Counted from the stretch's first letter, positions 33,686-48,187 are shown. The stretch: 64,000 nt of DNA from Stegostoma tigrinum (GCF_030684315.1 NC_081370.1:20977578-21041577), one strand, 5' to 3'. Translations and numbers: made by a program. The notes: a model not told the origin generated them from the sequence alone.

Positions 33686-35789
33686 AATAATGCACAGCTT
33701 ATGTGAACAGCTAGAGAAGGATTTGGAATTAGTGACAAGGGTGAAGAAATGTGATAGGCACTAAAAGGAAGATCTTTCATTTTCCTAATGCTCAACCTTA
33801 TGAATTTCTGCTTCATTTATCATTATGTTAGAGAGGCAATAAGACAGAAAATAGATGATTGTGGTGTTTTTCAGTCAAGTGCTGGAGAGAGATGAACAAA
33901 TGAAAGCTGATTACATCAACCATTGTTAGTGTCACGAAAGATGTTGTAGTCCATCAACAATAATTTCTCCATGACTCAGGCTCAAGTGACCTATTCGACA
34001 ATTGACCTATTGAAAATATATTGGTTTAATAACTATTTGTAGAGTACAGTAAATGGCCAGCAAGAAAATTACATTAAATGATACAACTACAGAGCGATTA
34101 GTTACAGATTCTTAGGCTGCCTGTGGATTTCCATTCTTTTTGAGAAGTCTAACTTTGAAAGGTGGAAAACTTTATTGTCAGCTGCTTTAGGTTTCATGTA
34201 ATTAACTACTGTTCTTCAGTTATAAATTTCCCTAGCATTCTAGCTTTGTTTTATCTGAATCTGTGATCCCAACATTTCAGCAATGCAAGTAAGAGTCAAA
34301 TATCTAGTAGCTAAGACTGCCCTATATGCAAGTGGTTTGCAATGATGCTCTTGTAGATCTCTTACAGGTAGCTTTCTGGATAAGAGTCACTTCTTGGCCT
34401 AGAATTTACAGCTAAGAGAATGTCAGCTTTATGCTAAGCTTCCTTTGTCAGATAATTCCAAGAACAAGATTCCATTCCCACTCCAATTGCTTTCACCTAA
34501 ACTGTTAAACACAGCCTACAGAAATACACAGGCATTTAAACCATTTTAATACATCATAATGGGTATTGTTAGTGTAGCTATAGTTAATGTCTATAGGGAC
34601 AGATGGTAACAGGGTAACACAGGGAATACAAGAATAGACCCTTGTTATATTCTAAGATGACTGTAGAAAATGAAGGAAGAGTTTTTTTTTTCTGGAGGTA
34701 TGTGATTATATTGAAATTGGATGAAGGCACAAAAAAGGTTGTACCGTAAGTTGGGAGAAGTTAAATGCTACATGCAGATTAGAAAGGGCAGATAATTCAT
34801 TGCTAATTGTTTCATTCAATAACCCCTAGTACCAGATGGAAGCCCACTAACTGAACAAACACTGTGCCTCTTTGCACCTGAGACACCAAATCAACAGGAA
34901 GTTAATGTGCTCTCCCCACATACAAGCAGAGTATCAGTTACTGCTTTGATGCAGTTGTGTGCAGCTGACTGTGATATCCAGCTAAGTCTTTCCTATCAAG
35001 CCTTGGAAAGAGCTTGACATTTTTACATAGACTCTCTGTCATTAATCCCACAGTGCCTCCCTTGAACACAGCTCCTACTGTACTTGCAAAGGGGCAGATC
35101 AGGGTGGTAGCACTTTGCATGTACGGCTATTGTGGACGTGGCTGCCATTTGAAACTGCAGCTGCTTTCAGCCAGGACGGATCTTTGTCAACTAGGTGTGA
35201 TAAACATGTCTCGTACGGATTAGACCTGGTAAGAATAGGTCAAAGTGTTGTAGAGATGCTCCAATTTCTTTTCAAAGAGGTGCAGAAAGATATTTGGAAG
35301 ATGCAGAGAAGTTGCATTAACTACTAAAGAGCTGGCAAAACTCAATCACCAGCATCTGGCTTTAACCCAAAGGAATAGGCGGATGCAAAATATCGTTTGG
35401 CAGCACAGTTTTTCATTGTGCCTGCTGTCACAAGTACACAGATACCAGGAAAGAAAATGTATGAAAGAAGGAAGCATGGTGCATTTTGTGCCCAAAGAAA
35501 GGTTAAAACGCCATAGAAGCCTCAGGCATATGTGTTATACTCACATGTGAACATGGCTCCAGGCCAGCAAGACGGTCTGGTGACCGAAGCACTTCAGTAC
35601 GGACAAGGACAAGAAGTAAGACATCCAGGTATTACCTATAGAACAGGTGTATGGCCTCAGAATCCATTCGTCAACATGACAGAAAACCAACATTGAGAAT
35701 GATGGAAATTAAACTGAGAAGTCGGCATCAACATTTGTGGCATGATACAGCACTATCTTGAGTCCTAATTTGTTGATTTCCATGCCCTG

Positions 35790-36668
35790 CCTGTGGCTGT
35801 TGAGGTTTCTGTGACTTTGGATTTTGATGTATCAATCTTTTCCCAGAGCGAAGTGGGAGAATTAGTCAGGAGATCACGGTCAGCTGTACACAGCCATATC
35901 AAGCCTGTAATCGATGCCCTGTTCGCAAATGTTAACCACCTGGGCTGATTTAAACTAAACTGGACCAAAATAAAGAAAAAGAAGAACTGTTTTAAAACCA
36001 AGGATTGTGGAAGGAATTGCTGTACTTTGAAAAAAAAGTTACTACAGTCAGAGTGTGTTTACATTGTTTAAGTAGTGGCAAAGAAGTTTGTTACAGCCTG
36101 GCATCAAGGAATGCATGCAGACTGATATTTGACTAGCAACAAGTTGCTAATTAGTTTAGGTCATCAGCCTGATGACAACTCTCTGGTACTTCAGTGTCTC
36201 TGTGTGCGTGAGCGTGCGTAAGCACGTGTGTGTGTGTGTGTGTACCTGGATAAAGTAGGTGAAAGAACTAAAAGACTTGGCAAGCAAAAAGAATATCTCA
36301 ACTGAATCTGTGGACTCCATTTCCAAGATATGACTTCTCTCCACCTGTATAACTGAAGTATTTTCATTTATTTTTCTGCGTCTGTCTCTGTATGTGTGGA
36401 GGGGTTTTTTAAAGGAGTTAGCGTTTTAGGTAGCTCAACTACTTGTTGAAGTGCTTCGGTCACCAGACCTTCGAATTTGTTTCTTTGTAATAATAAATAG
36501 TTCTTGTTAAGTACAGGAACCTGGTCACTTTTTTTACTGTTGACTCGATCCCAACGTATATTTGCACTGGGAACTTCACATACTTTGATAAGAATGGTTT
36601 AAGTTCTACAATGACCCTGAGAGTATTGGGGCCTGAGAATCATTGCATTTTCCAAGTGGGTCAGAACA
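35790..36668 (+). mobile_element. Possible solo or 3' LTR
   Basis: TGT start, internal (GT)n, AATAAA at ~36492, ends ...CAGAACA; architecture similar to 208-1622; no clear TSD. Confidence 0.3.
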
Positions 36669-37149
36669 AGAGATACAGAATCAGGCTTCTATCGTATACT
36701 GGGGGTTATCAATTATGTCACCATAAAGACTTCAAATCAGCACCTAGACACATTCAGAAACTAAAAGTCCTTTCACTCCCTTAATGTTCAAGTGGTTTAT
36801 GACCAAAACAAGGCTTACCTTCAAGTTTGTGCCAAAGATCTCCTGGTAGTTGCCGTAATAGAGTTCCCAGTTGCTCAATATTTTCAGCCATCTACACAGA
36901 TCCTTATCTTGCTTCTGAGCAGGACAAGAGGTACCCCTTAAAGATTTAACCAATCACCTTGTTTAAGTGACTGCAAACTGAGCAGGAATAGAATTACAAC
37001 AGCAGCCATGTCATCACACAGAGCACAACAGCAGACTACTGGCATTCTCAAAATGTATACCAGATGCCTTGACCGCTCAGGTGGAGCTATGCAGGATTTC
37101 CCCAGCAAGGGTTTTCAGAATAGTAGTAGTAGTATGCTGCACTCTGCAC

Positions 37150-37790
37150 AAATCAAAGAAAGGGTGCTGTGAACAGCTGTGGAGGAGCTTGAATCTGAAG
37201 ATTCTGTCCTCAGGAAGCTGACACAGAGGACAATCAGGAAGGAGGGCAGTAACAGAGAAGCTGGGAGGCATGCCCACATAACCAGCGCTGATTCTGTGCA
37301 AAAAGGGCTCACTGCCAGACAAATCCTAGCACAAAACAAATTTACACACTGCACTTAGTGCTGGCAGATAGGTGCCAAGGACCATTTGTGTATGTGCAGA
37401 TGATCCCCACGACATCAGTCAGCCACGCATGACCAGAGCCTGTTATGCCAGTAAGCCAATTGTACATGTGGTTGACATCAACACAAATACCAGCTCCCCT
37501 TCACAAGTTTGCAAGAAAAGCAGCCAGTGAAAGAACCAGCAGCCAAAAAGCAATTATTAACAATAACAGCAGTCCAGAAATTCAAAAACTGCTGGCAAAG
37601 GTAAGAAAGGCAAATGTTACTAAGAAAGCCGTAATGAAGAAGCCCGAGCACAAGATCAAAAATACTCAAGCCAAAATCAAATCGAAACTAGCAAGAACTA
37701 AGAAAGCCGCAGCCAAACAGAAATGATTACAAAGTCTGAACTCAAAGGCTCTTCTCCAATTTTCCACATCTATCTGAACAGAACTGAACC
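37150..37790 (+). pseudogene. Probable replication-dependent histone H1 pseudogene
   Basis: Lys/Ala-rich C-terminus '...KKAVMKKPEHKIKNTQAKIKSKLARTKKAAAKQK*' (ends 37726), KGSL-QT-like globular remnant at ~37300, then AAAGGCTCTTCT (5' half of the histone stem-loop, 37744-37755) and HDE-like GAACAGAACTG. Confidence 0.55.
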
Positions 37791-38061
37791 CTCAATGAAA
37801 TGATACCTGTCCCACAATCAATAACATTTTGTAAATCCTTACTTTCTCTGTGGGTAGATTCATTGAGAAGCTGTGATAGTGTAACATCAGCAGATAAAGG
37901 CCACGTACAGCTTCAGTCTTACCACAGGAGTTTTCCCCAGACAAATCTAATCATTGTTTGTAAGCTGCTGGGATAGTATGTGTATGAGAATGATGATATT
38001 ACTGAGGATGCACTCCTCTGATAGAATGCATAGTGTCTACGTTGACACAATGTTTGATTGT

Positions 38062-38357
38062 TCAACGGTGGCTCATGGTTGACACTGCTGTCTCACAGAA
38101 CTAGGGGCCCGGTTTCAATTCCACCCTCGGGCGACTGTGTGTGGAGTTTGCACATTCTCCCTGTGTGCGTTACGTGGATTGGCCATTCTAAATTGCCAAT
38201 AGTATTCAAGAATGCATTGGTTAAATGTGTTAGCCATGGGAAATGTAGGGTTACAGGGAAAGGGTAGGGAGATGGATCTGGATGAGATTCTCTTTGGAGG
38301 ATCGGCATGGTCTTGTTGGGCCAAATGGCCTGTCTCCACACTGTAGGGATTCTGTGA
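38062..38357 (+). mobile_element. HE1-like V-domain SINE (internally deleted)
   Basis: Head, V-domain start and 3' tail GGGCCAAATGGCCTGTCTCCACACTGTAGGGATTCT. Confidence 0.85.
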
Positions 38358-38484
38358 CCATATATAAAGGTACCAAGTTTGTGGAAACTCTTGAATCTGA
38401 ACATATAGTTTGTGTGTATAGCTGAGTTTCAGTTACATATTGCCAGGGAAGTTCATGTATGATTCCAACATATGATTGTTTTTC

Positions 38485-38820
38485 TCTTTTTTTTACTCAT
38501 TCACAGAATGAGGGCATCACTGCCCAGGCAACAATTATTACCTATCCCTAATTGCCCATTGCTGTGGGTCTGGAGTCACATGTAGGCTAGGTGGGTAAGG
38601 ACAACAGATTTACTTCCCTAAAGGTCATGAGTGAACCAAATTTTTTTTCCCAGCAATCAAAAATGGATTCATGGTCATCTTTAGATTCTTAGGTCCAGAT
38701 ATTCATTGAATTCAAATTCCACTATCTGGAGTGGCAGCTTTCAAACCTGGGTCACCAGAACACTACCAAGGTCTCTGGGTTTACAGTCCAATGATAGTAC
38801 CACTAGGCTATCACCTCCCC
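38485..38820 (-). mobile_element. Old tRNA-derived SINE
   Basis: Reverse complement GGGGAGGTGATAGCCTAGTGGTACTATCATTGGACTG...CAGGTTTGAAAG...ATTAGGGATAGGTAATAA...; homologous to 6110-6465. Confidence 0.7.
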
Positions 38821-40284
38821 ATATGAATACATGAATAGCACTATCTTTGTGACAAGTAGCTGGCATTCTGTCACTTGCCAACGATGTCGAACAACAACAT
38901 TCTGTTTGGCGCACATGCATGCGAGTTGTGTCAGCTCATTCTCATGTTGTTGATAAATGCAGAACCTCAGAGCCAGCACAAGCCATTAACCAATCTCTGG
39001 GGAGCAACTTCCAAACAAAAAGTCTGTTATATTGATACTCAGGAAAATATCCATACCCGACAAGAGAGAACAGCAGCATTAATGATTTTGATTCAGGTCC
39101 ATGAAAAATACTTAAAACATCACCATCAAAACCATTGGTCTCAAAATATTGCAAGAAACAACATGAAAAGCCATTCAATATCCAAATTTTTCCATTACTG
39201 CTAATGGCTGTAAGTGCCATTACTGCCACAACTGAAACTATGCCCAAAATTCTGACAGAATCAATAGTAATTGCCCACCCACATGAAAGTTATTCTCATT
39301 GCACAGTACAAAACATCTGTGTTGGACCAGCTCTTTGAATGAACTTGGCAATCACCCTTCACTCCCAATGGTTCACTTTTTGGAATGGGTATCTGTTGCA
39401 ACATTAATTGCTCCCAGGCACATTGGCTTCCTCACAAAGCACAGCCTATGCCACCTGGAATGTGAAAGCTCTCAAAGTAGTAGAGACAGTCGATGAGCAA
39501 TGTTCCCCAGAGCACATATGGTGACTTGATCTGTGTTGCCTGAACTTGATTGTCAAATGCTCTTGTGCTGAGAATAACCTGAGAAACTCCATCTATTTAT
39601 GAAATCTATCACTAAGCCTCCCTTAAATTCAAACACAGATGGACAATGAATGCCACAAGGATCATCTCAATACTCAACTCATTGCTTACTACTGCTGCAT
39701 ATGAAAGGTTCAAAGGAGTCTTCAATGCTCTTAGATTACTATGACTCTATATGATAGAATGAAGAAGGAAAAAGCATTCCTAAACCTCACAGATCTGGTC
39801 ATACCCTTGCTGCCAATGACAATGCTGTGAGAAGCCACTTTCATTATCACTGGGAAGAACACCTTTGTTACGTAACATTCTTATTGGTGTTTATAGTGTA
39901 CAAACACACACTAAAACAGCTATGCATCTATGTGTTTAAAAACTGCGCAGATGAGGTATCTGACAGTGTTCATATATGATTTCAAAAAGTGCTTAACTGT
40001 CATATTTATGAAATGAAAAGTGTAGGCATGATGAATCCATTCATACTCTAGGCAAGATAGTACCTTGCAGTCATGCACACTCCTTCAAAGTGTCACTTTG
40101 TTCCTTGAGAGGAGGTGGAAACAGGCTGTACGCTACTCTAAGACAATGAGAGGCCAGTAGAGCTGATAAGGACTCTGGCAGAGGTAGATGAAAGAAAATG
40201 AAAATGCTGAGAAAATCTTGATACTTTCCCTATGTCATGGGCTGGCATTCAAGCGGGCTTAATGGTCCTGACTGTTGTTTAACC

Positions 40285-40858
40285 AGGCATTGAGATACTT
40301 TTGTTTATTACCTGAGGCATAGAGTTTAAAAGCAGGGAAATGATGCTAGAATTGTATAACATGTTAGTTACACCACAACTAGAGTATTGTGTACACTTCT
40401 GGAATCTATATTATAGAAGGGATATGATTGCACTGGACAGGATGCAGAGGAGATTTATCAGGATATTGCCTGCACTGGACAGTTTTAGTTATGAGGAGGG
40501 ATTGGTTAGACTGAAATTGTTTTCCTTAGAACAGAGGAGACTGATTGGGGGAGCGGGGAACATGATTGAGGTATATAAAATTACAAGGGGCGTAGAGTAG
40601 ACAGGAAGAAAATGTATCCATGATAAGAGGCAAGAGTTTTAAAGGGAATGTGAGGAAAAATGTTTTCACTAGAGGGTTATGGGAATCTTGAACTCACTGC
40701 CTCTGGGGGCAGAAACCCTCATAATTTTAATAAAAATTTAGATGCTAAGGCATTCCAAGTTATGAGCCAAGTGCTGGAAAATGAAATTAGAATACCAATT
40801 CAGAATATGGCCTGAAGGGCCTTTTCCTGTGCTGAAGACCTCTATGTCCCTTTGACTA
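40285..40858 (+). mobile_element. CR1 3' fragment
   Basis: 'LYNMLVTPQLEYCVHFW...LDRMQRRFIRILP...SYEEGL...LFSLEQRRL' and 3'UTR GGCCTGAAGGGCC. Confidence 0.85.
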
Positions 40859-42254
40859 TTTTACCCACATCTGCTTCTTATGTTGAATTGCCCCATCAGG
40901 TATAAGTACCCTGTTGGAGGCAAAGCTTACATCACGATGGCAGTTCAGTTACAAGCCTGACCTAACCTGCCCTTCTGGTCACTGTGCATTTTAACACACC
41001 ATCCAAAATCTCCTGAATTTCCGCAGCAGTTTCTGTTTCCATTTCATAATAATTTATTACATTTCTGCAGAGCAGCTTTAGCAGGTAGTGGAACCAAGAA
41101 GCTGCCAGCTCATTTGCTCTCTCTAATGAATTCTTCTTCATGCTTTCATTGGATCAGTGTATATTTTTGGCAAAAGGTGTGTAGACACTAACAATGACTA
41201 TTATTTCCTGTGGAAAGCCCATGATGGATCATCTGTTCCGGGGTCACCAACTAATTAGATATTTAAAGAGCTTGTACTTACTGGACTGCTCAGTGACATT
41301 GTCTCTGGTGCTAAACCACTGACTTGCATCCTCACAGATGGGCCTACGTAATGACCTTTTCTTATACCTTGCTAAGTCGCCTTAGCCACCAGGTTCCACC
41401 TTTGAACCCATATGACTTCCAGGAACACCCGCAACAATTCCCATTATAATACACTCCTCAACCTTGGATTGAAATTCCAGAACACATGCAGTATTCGGAT
41501 TTGATGAACTGGGAATTTTTCCAATGCAGCAGATCCGACAGGAGAGTGGAACTTCGGGCCTCAGAGTTTCAAGGAGAGAAATTAAATCCAAACAGGAGTT
41601 CCCACTCATTAATCATGCATCAGTGTCCCCTGCATGAAGAGTCAAAGTCTGTAGAATGTCAATTGGCAGCAAGATAACATTGAGTATTGTGATTAGCACT
41701 GCGGAAATCACACAGGATGAGGCCCTAAAGTACGGTCAGTATCACTGAAACCTGCAAGCTGCAAGAGTCAGCATGTTTAGGAAAGCAGAAAACTCAGTCA
41801 CTTGTTCAATTATGATGAATGCAACAAGCAGACCAGCCTAATTTTCTTTTTGACACTTTGTTAAATTTCTAATTAATATTGATTGCGACCTTTTCGTCTG
41901 CATGAATTCAGTTGTTAATATAAGATGAGTGAGGCCAGTGGAATGATCATGATCTAGATGATATTGAGTTAAATATTAGAAAATTAATTCAAAGCAGCAG
42001 TATCTATAACCACTCTCTAGAGAGCACAGAAGACCTGTTGTCCTTAATGATCTGTCGACATTCAGCCACCATTAAAATGTCAGTCTTTCTAAAATGTGTC
42101 ATTGTTTTACCTTGTGAAGGGCAACTTTTCTCTTATGCCTCATCTTCTCATGAAGATGATCCAGTCTTAATGATTTCAAAATACATGTTTCAAGTTAAAA
42201 AGTAACATTTCTGCTGCCAAAACTTGTGATCTCAATGCAGTGAACTTAAGAGTA

Positions 42255-42530
42255 TTAGAATCATAGAAATGTGCAGCACAGAAACAGATCCTTTGGTCCA
42301 AGTCATCCATGCTGATCAGATACCCTAAACTAATATAGTCCGATTTGCCAGCGTTTTGCCCATATCCCCCAACCCCTTCCTTTTCATTAACCTAACCAGG
42401 TGTGTTTTAAACATTGTAATTGTACCAGCCACCACCACTTCCTCTGGCAATTCATTTCATACATGCACCCTCTGCATGAATAAGTTTTCTGTTAGGTCAC
42501 TTTTACATCTTTCCCTTCTCATCTTAAATC
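42255..42530 (-). mobile_element. CR1 3' end
   Basis: TAGAATCATAGA tail and CACAGAAACAGATCCTTTGGTCCAA 3'UTR motif. Confidence 0.75.
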
Positions 42531-43002
42531 AATCCTTCAACTTCTCTATCTTCATTCTAAAAGCATTTCCATATGCATCAAAACATATTTCATGGATATT
42601 GGGCTCAGCACATTGAAGAAAATGCAAATATAGACATTTTCCACTTCCGGTGCCAATCCTTCTGATATCATGTAGATGCATTCAAAGATGCAAAAATTAT
42701 ATTTTGCATCTCAGTGAGGAAAGATAAATAAATCTCAGAATAAAACAAAATTCATAAGTTATTGCTTCGACATTTTAAAGTATGAAATTTATAGCCGGAT
42801 TAGCACAAGTGCAGAAAGAACATGTGAACTGCATTTTCGCAATTATGTCATCTAGCTTTTTGGAAATTAGGGCATGGGATAACAACACATAAATCCATAG
42901 AAGTTTACACCAAAAATTGATGTCAAGCTAATTTTCCTTTACAAAAGATGTAGAGGAACTTTTGTGCCATTATGTCAGAGATGAAGTTTCTATTTACACA
43001 GT

Positions 43003-43130
43003 AAAACAAATCCAAGAACTGCAGAACCTGGAAATCTGAATCAAAACTGGAAATTGCTGGAGAAATTCAGCAGAACTGGCAGCATATGTGCAGAGAAAAC
43101 AGAATCAATGTTTCAGGTCCAGTGACCCTT
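43003..43130 (-). mobile_element. PLE family 2 pLTR/tail fragment
   Basis: Reverse complement AAGGGTCACTGGACCTGAAACATT...CTGCCAG...CAGCAATTTCC...TCTGCAGTTCT; homologous to 50937-51071. Confidence 0.75.
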
Positions 43131-46100
43131 GGAATTGCTGTTTTAGTTTAATATTTGATTTTTTTTCTTAAATAAGATTTTGAGATTATTTTCTGATTGA
43201 AGACAATCTGAGAGGAATTAATACTGGTCACAGCAAATATGGTCTGCAACAAAAGTGTTAGTATTGGAAACAGGAACAGAATAAATACATTTGTAGCCCC
43301 AGATCTTGCCCCTGTTATGTCAGAGATAGGTGAAATCGGAGAGCTTTTTGTTGAATTGAGTGCGCAAGTTAGACCAAAGCAATCTCATAGCACCCACATG
43401 TGGACAAATCTCAAAGCTGCAATAATGCTTTTGCATGATAGAAAATGATTTGCAGTCGTATTAATGTCAGGAAACTGTACTTGAAAAAATACGTTTTGAG
43501 CTCTAGCAACTGATACTCAGCAAAATATGGCAGTTGTTTTGCAACTTTGATATTCTAAGATCAACTAGATAAATGACCAGCTAATCTGCTTGAAGATGAT
43601 GTTATTAGAGGATGCAAACTTAGGTCAGGGCAATGAGATACCTTCTTACTCTTCATCATCTAGTATCATGGAATCTTGAGTAAACAGATCATTTTTAAAG
43701 TCCTCCAGACAGTGCCGATGCAAAATGTGGTTTCTAATTTCCGATCAAAATCGCAGCAAAGCTTAAGAGGGTTAAGAGTTATCCCATTCGTCTAGTGTAA
43801 CTGCAATAGAAATGCTGAGAAATGCCATAGAGATACTGCCATAATCAATCAAATTAGTTGTAATCTCTGACATTGATAAGGTATCAATCAGTATACTGGC
43901 AGGACAGGAACATGCATCACTGGAATTCACAAATGGAGTTGAAAGAAAGTTTGAAACAAATGTGGGAAATACGATTTTCAAGGCATTTTAAAGGAATTGG
44001 AAATTATAGCGGGGTAGCAACGTTTTTAGGATAGAGAGGCAAAGATGTTTGTTTTAAGAGATGGGGAATGACGGCAGATTTGTAAAGGGATGGGGCCATT
44101 ACCTGTATTAATAAAAACAGCTGATGTATGGACCAGAAATCAAACTTGTGTGGCCAACAGCTTGGTAGGACTAAAATGAAAGGAGCAGGTGGTCGATCTT
44201 GTGAGCTCAGAGAGGGTGTGGTGGGAGATAGGAGAGTAACGAGGGAAACATGTCACCATACAGAAGGGAAAGAAAGCTTAGAGACTTTCGATTCAGTGCC
44301 TTAGGGTTAGGGTGGAAACAACAGAGCCAGTTGAATGAATATTCTTAATCTTTGTGAGAAGAGATCCATTTGTTGTTGGAAATGTGGGTGTAGGATGCAA
44401 TGGGTGAGAAGTTTAGAAAGGTGTTTTTCATAAGTTGTTTAAAGCAAGACATTGTGAGCATATAAGTCAGTAAAAACTGTTTGTTCCTGTAGCAGGTTCA
44501 ATAACCACTGGACGCAGAATCATGATAATTGGTAAAAGAATCACAACAGAGCTGCAGAGACCTTTCTCCACAGCTGGCTATTTTGATCAGGAGTGCATTA
44601 CCTGACCAGGTAGTAGTCTAATAACTCTCAAAAGAAATTCAAATAAATGCATGAAGGTAAACAAAACATTGCGGGGCGTTCGGGAAAGAGCTAGGCAGTA
44701 GGGCTGTATGGACAGTCTTCTGAAGAGCTAGCATAAATACTTCAGAATAGCATTCTAAGTTGGAGGATTCCATTGATGTACATTTCCTCAGATTTTGTAT
44801 CAACAGACAAACAGTACGTAGATTCTGAACTTCTATAGAGAAGAATTTAACTTTTCCATGTTTCTTCGGCAGCTGCTTAGGCAGGTCTTCTGATCCAAGA
44901 ATAATTTTCATCCATTCAGAGTTGTGAGGCCTGAGGTGACTAATTAGTCCAAGGTTGGATCCACAAACCCTGCCACAGATGAACCTGCTCATGTTTGAAG
45001 TGACAGTGGGTGGGATGCTTCAGGTTTCACATAGTCCTTCCACTGTTGATACTTGACATCTATCTACCTGGACTTGTTGGAGATGCTGAAAATGGTCAGC
45101 ACCTTCATAAATGCTTCTTTTTCAGTTTGGACAGTCTTGGTCAAGAAATTCCCATGAGTTGATTAGAATATTGCATTTTCCAGAGTGCCTTTGAGTCTGT
45201 TATTGAAGTATTTCCCCTGATCTCTCAGTAACCACTTTCTATGATGTAACTCAGGGTAGAGACCATCATCAGGAGGCTTCTGCTAAGCATGTCGATGATA
45301 TGGCTCAACACAGCTGATAAACTACATTCAGTACTTCAATGTTGGGGATATTGGCCGAAGGGATGACATTGATATCGGACCACCAATCCTGCCATTGGAT
45401 TTTACAAAGGCATGGCTGGTAAATTTATCACAGCATTTGAGGTATCTGCTGTACATTATCCATATAGTCAATGTACACAGAAAGGCAGGTAGCTCTACTG
45501 CCTTTTAAATAATGAGCGTAGTGCCAGGTTTGAATATCTTGTTTCCATATATTCTATTCATCAGGCATCTGATGGCTACACTGACACACCTGCAGCAATA
45601 TTGAATTTCATCATTGATATCTGCCCACACTGAAAAGAGACTTTCACAGTAAGGGAATTGATTCATGCAGCCCAATGGCTTGTTGTGAACTTTGATAGTT
45701 GGGGACAGTGTTGCATGGCAGGAGAAAGCTGGTACAGCACATTTGACTTCTAGTTGTTTCACTTGTCCCATTCTCTCATACACCTCTGTGAATGCATTGG
45801 TAATGATTTGGAGCTCAGCCTCTGAGTCTGAGCACATGCAAGATCTGTCTGCGTATTTCGGGGACTTTGATGGCAAAGCTTGAGGTGGACTTGGCCCTGA
45901 GCTGAAGATGATGCAGATTGAACAGTTTCCCACTCTTCATGGGTTGAAACCCACCTGCAGAGGGGTGATTCATGGATTTGAGATGGAGTGTTGCGTTAAT
46001 GTGAGGAAGATAAAGAATAGCTTTCATTCTCCATTGGTGAGGATCATGGATTCCATACTATTGTGTGGGAGGTGGAGGACGATGACAATTTCAAGAGTTG

Positions 46101-47667
46101 AGAGGATGTTCCAAATTTCCTTCCAGTTGACAGAATCAAAGGTTTTTGTGACATCAAGGAGGTCATGTTTAAAGGTTACTGTTACTCTGTGCATTTTTCT
46201 TGGATTGATTCACTGTGCAGGTCATGTCCATTGTGTTGCATTGAATCAAAATTATGGCTCCTAAGAGGAGCTCTTCAACTATTAGTTAGATGATACTGGA
46301 AAGGATTCTTGTAATGACTTTCCTTGTGGTTGGCATAATGGAGAATTCTCTGTAGTTACGCCAATCTGCCCCATCTCCATTCTTGGAGATGGTTAAACTA
46401 TTATGTTTATGACATACTTGCTTCCATCCACATGAAAGAAATGAGGCCATGTCGTCATGCCAAAAGTGCTTCTCTACTATATTTCATTCTGGCTTAGTGG
46501 CTTTGTTGGTTCCCAGCTGGTGCGGATATGTCTTTTATCTGACCTAGAAATATTTATGTTACCCTTAATAATACGAAGGAAATTGGGAATGGATATTGTG
46601 ATGTTGAAGAATCTAACTGACATGTATCACGCCTAAATAGTATATGCAAACATTTCATTTCTCAGACACATGAGTGCCTGGCTTGCATTAAGCTATTAGT
46701 TTATAATCGTGGTGCATGATTTGAGGAGTGTGAGATGCTTCAAGTAATCCGTGTAAATGGGCTGTAAGGCTTTGATTCCATCAGGTCATGTGGAATGATG
46801 CAATAATAGTATAATGAGCATGTCTCCTAAAGGTGTGCTGGTACACTGACCATAAGACATAACACAGCATCATACACATTATTCCAATTCTTATGGAATT
46901 AAGATTATACTGAGATGGTGTAGCTTGCTTTGAAAAGACATAAAGGGCACTTACATTAATGACTGAGTCTCATTTGAGGAGATGCTCAAATGCTCCTTCC
47001 ATTGGGCACTGACTGATTCAGTCATTGATGAGTTCTACTCTGTTCTTTGTTCTCATTGGGTTAGATCCTTGGATTTTGGGCCATAGATAGTTTTGACTGC
47101 ACTGAGGAATTGAGGCACAAGTGGTTGTTGGTGACTTGCTGAGTTTCCTGCTCTCTTTTCACCAACTCTTTAGGTCACAGATTTTATGTTGAACCTCACT
47201 TTTGATTTGTCTGTGGACCTATTCTCTTTCCTATGGGTTTAAATGAAATTTCCATTTCTGCAAACATTTTGCACTTGCAATTTAGAGACATCCTGCATTT
47301 CTTGGTCATTGTCGTCAAGACAGTCTTAATGTTTCTCATGCTGGGATGTATATGCTGAATGGCTGTGGCTATACTGTTTTACTGTTAGAATTAGGGGATT
47401 ATTTATCCCATTGAGATAGTCAGCTAGTTGTTATTTTATTGGTGAGACCTATCCTGTATAATCAGCATATTTCTTCTGTCTTACCATTTGAGCTCACACC
47501 AAACAGGTGGATCAGCTTCTGGAAAAGTAATCTACCCAACTGTCCCCACCAACTGCACTTCCTTCTACTTGTTGGCATTAATATCACAAATTGAGCTCAT
47601 TCACACAAAACTGTCACTCTGAATCTAATCACATACCCAAATGGTTTTATCGTGCACAGAATTAAAC

Positions 47668-48187
47668 TCTGAGGTAACAAGGTGTAGAGCTGGATGAACA
47701 CAGCAGGCCTCACAGCATCAGAGGAGCAGGAAAGCTGACGTTTCGGGCCTAGACACTTCTTCAGAAATGGGGGAGGGGAAGGGGGTTCTGAAATAAATAG
47801 GGAGAGAGGGGGAGGCGGATGGAAGATGGATAGAGGAGAAGACAGGTGGAGGAGAGACAGACAGGTCAAAGAAGTGGGGATGGAGCCAATAAAGGTGAGT
47901 GTAGGTAGGGAGTTAGGTCAGTCCAGTGAGGACGGATAGGTCAAAGGGGCGGGATGAGGTTAGTAGGTAGGAGATGGGGGTGGGGCTTGAGTTGGGAGGA
48001 AGGGATAGGTGGGAGGAAGGACAGGTTAGGGAGGCGGGGATGAGCTGGGATAGTTTAGGGATGCGGTAGGGGAAGGGGAGATTTTGAAGCTTGTGAAGTC
48101 CACATTGACACCATTGGGCTGCAGGGTTCCCAAGCAGAATATGAGTTGCTGTTCCTATAACCTTCAGGTGGCATCATTGTGGCAGTG
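47668..48187 (-). mobile_element. PLE family 1 (CTGAAGA variant) 3' fragment
   Basis: Endonuclease C-terminus plus pLTR homologous to 20486-21040; hammerhead-like motif in reverse at ~47735-47764. Confidence 0.9.

Noticed and set aside
38850-40250. Possible DNA-transposase remnant
   Set aside because: Short ORFs with no motif I can recognise; not supportable.
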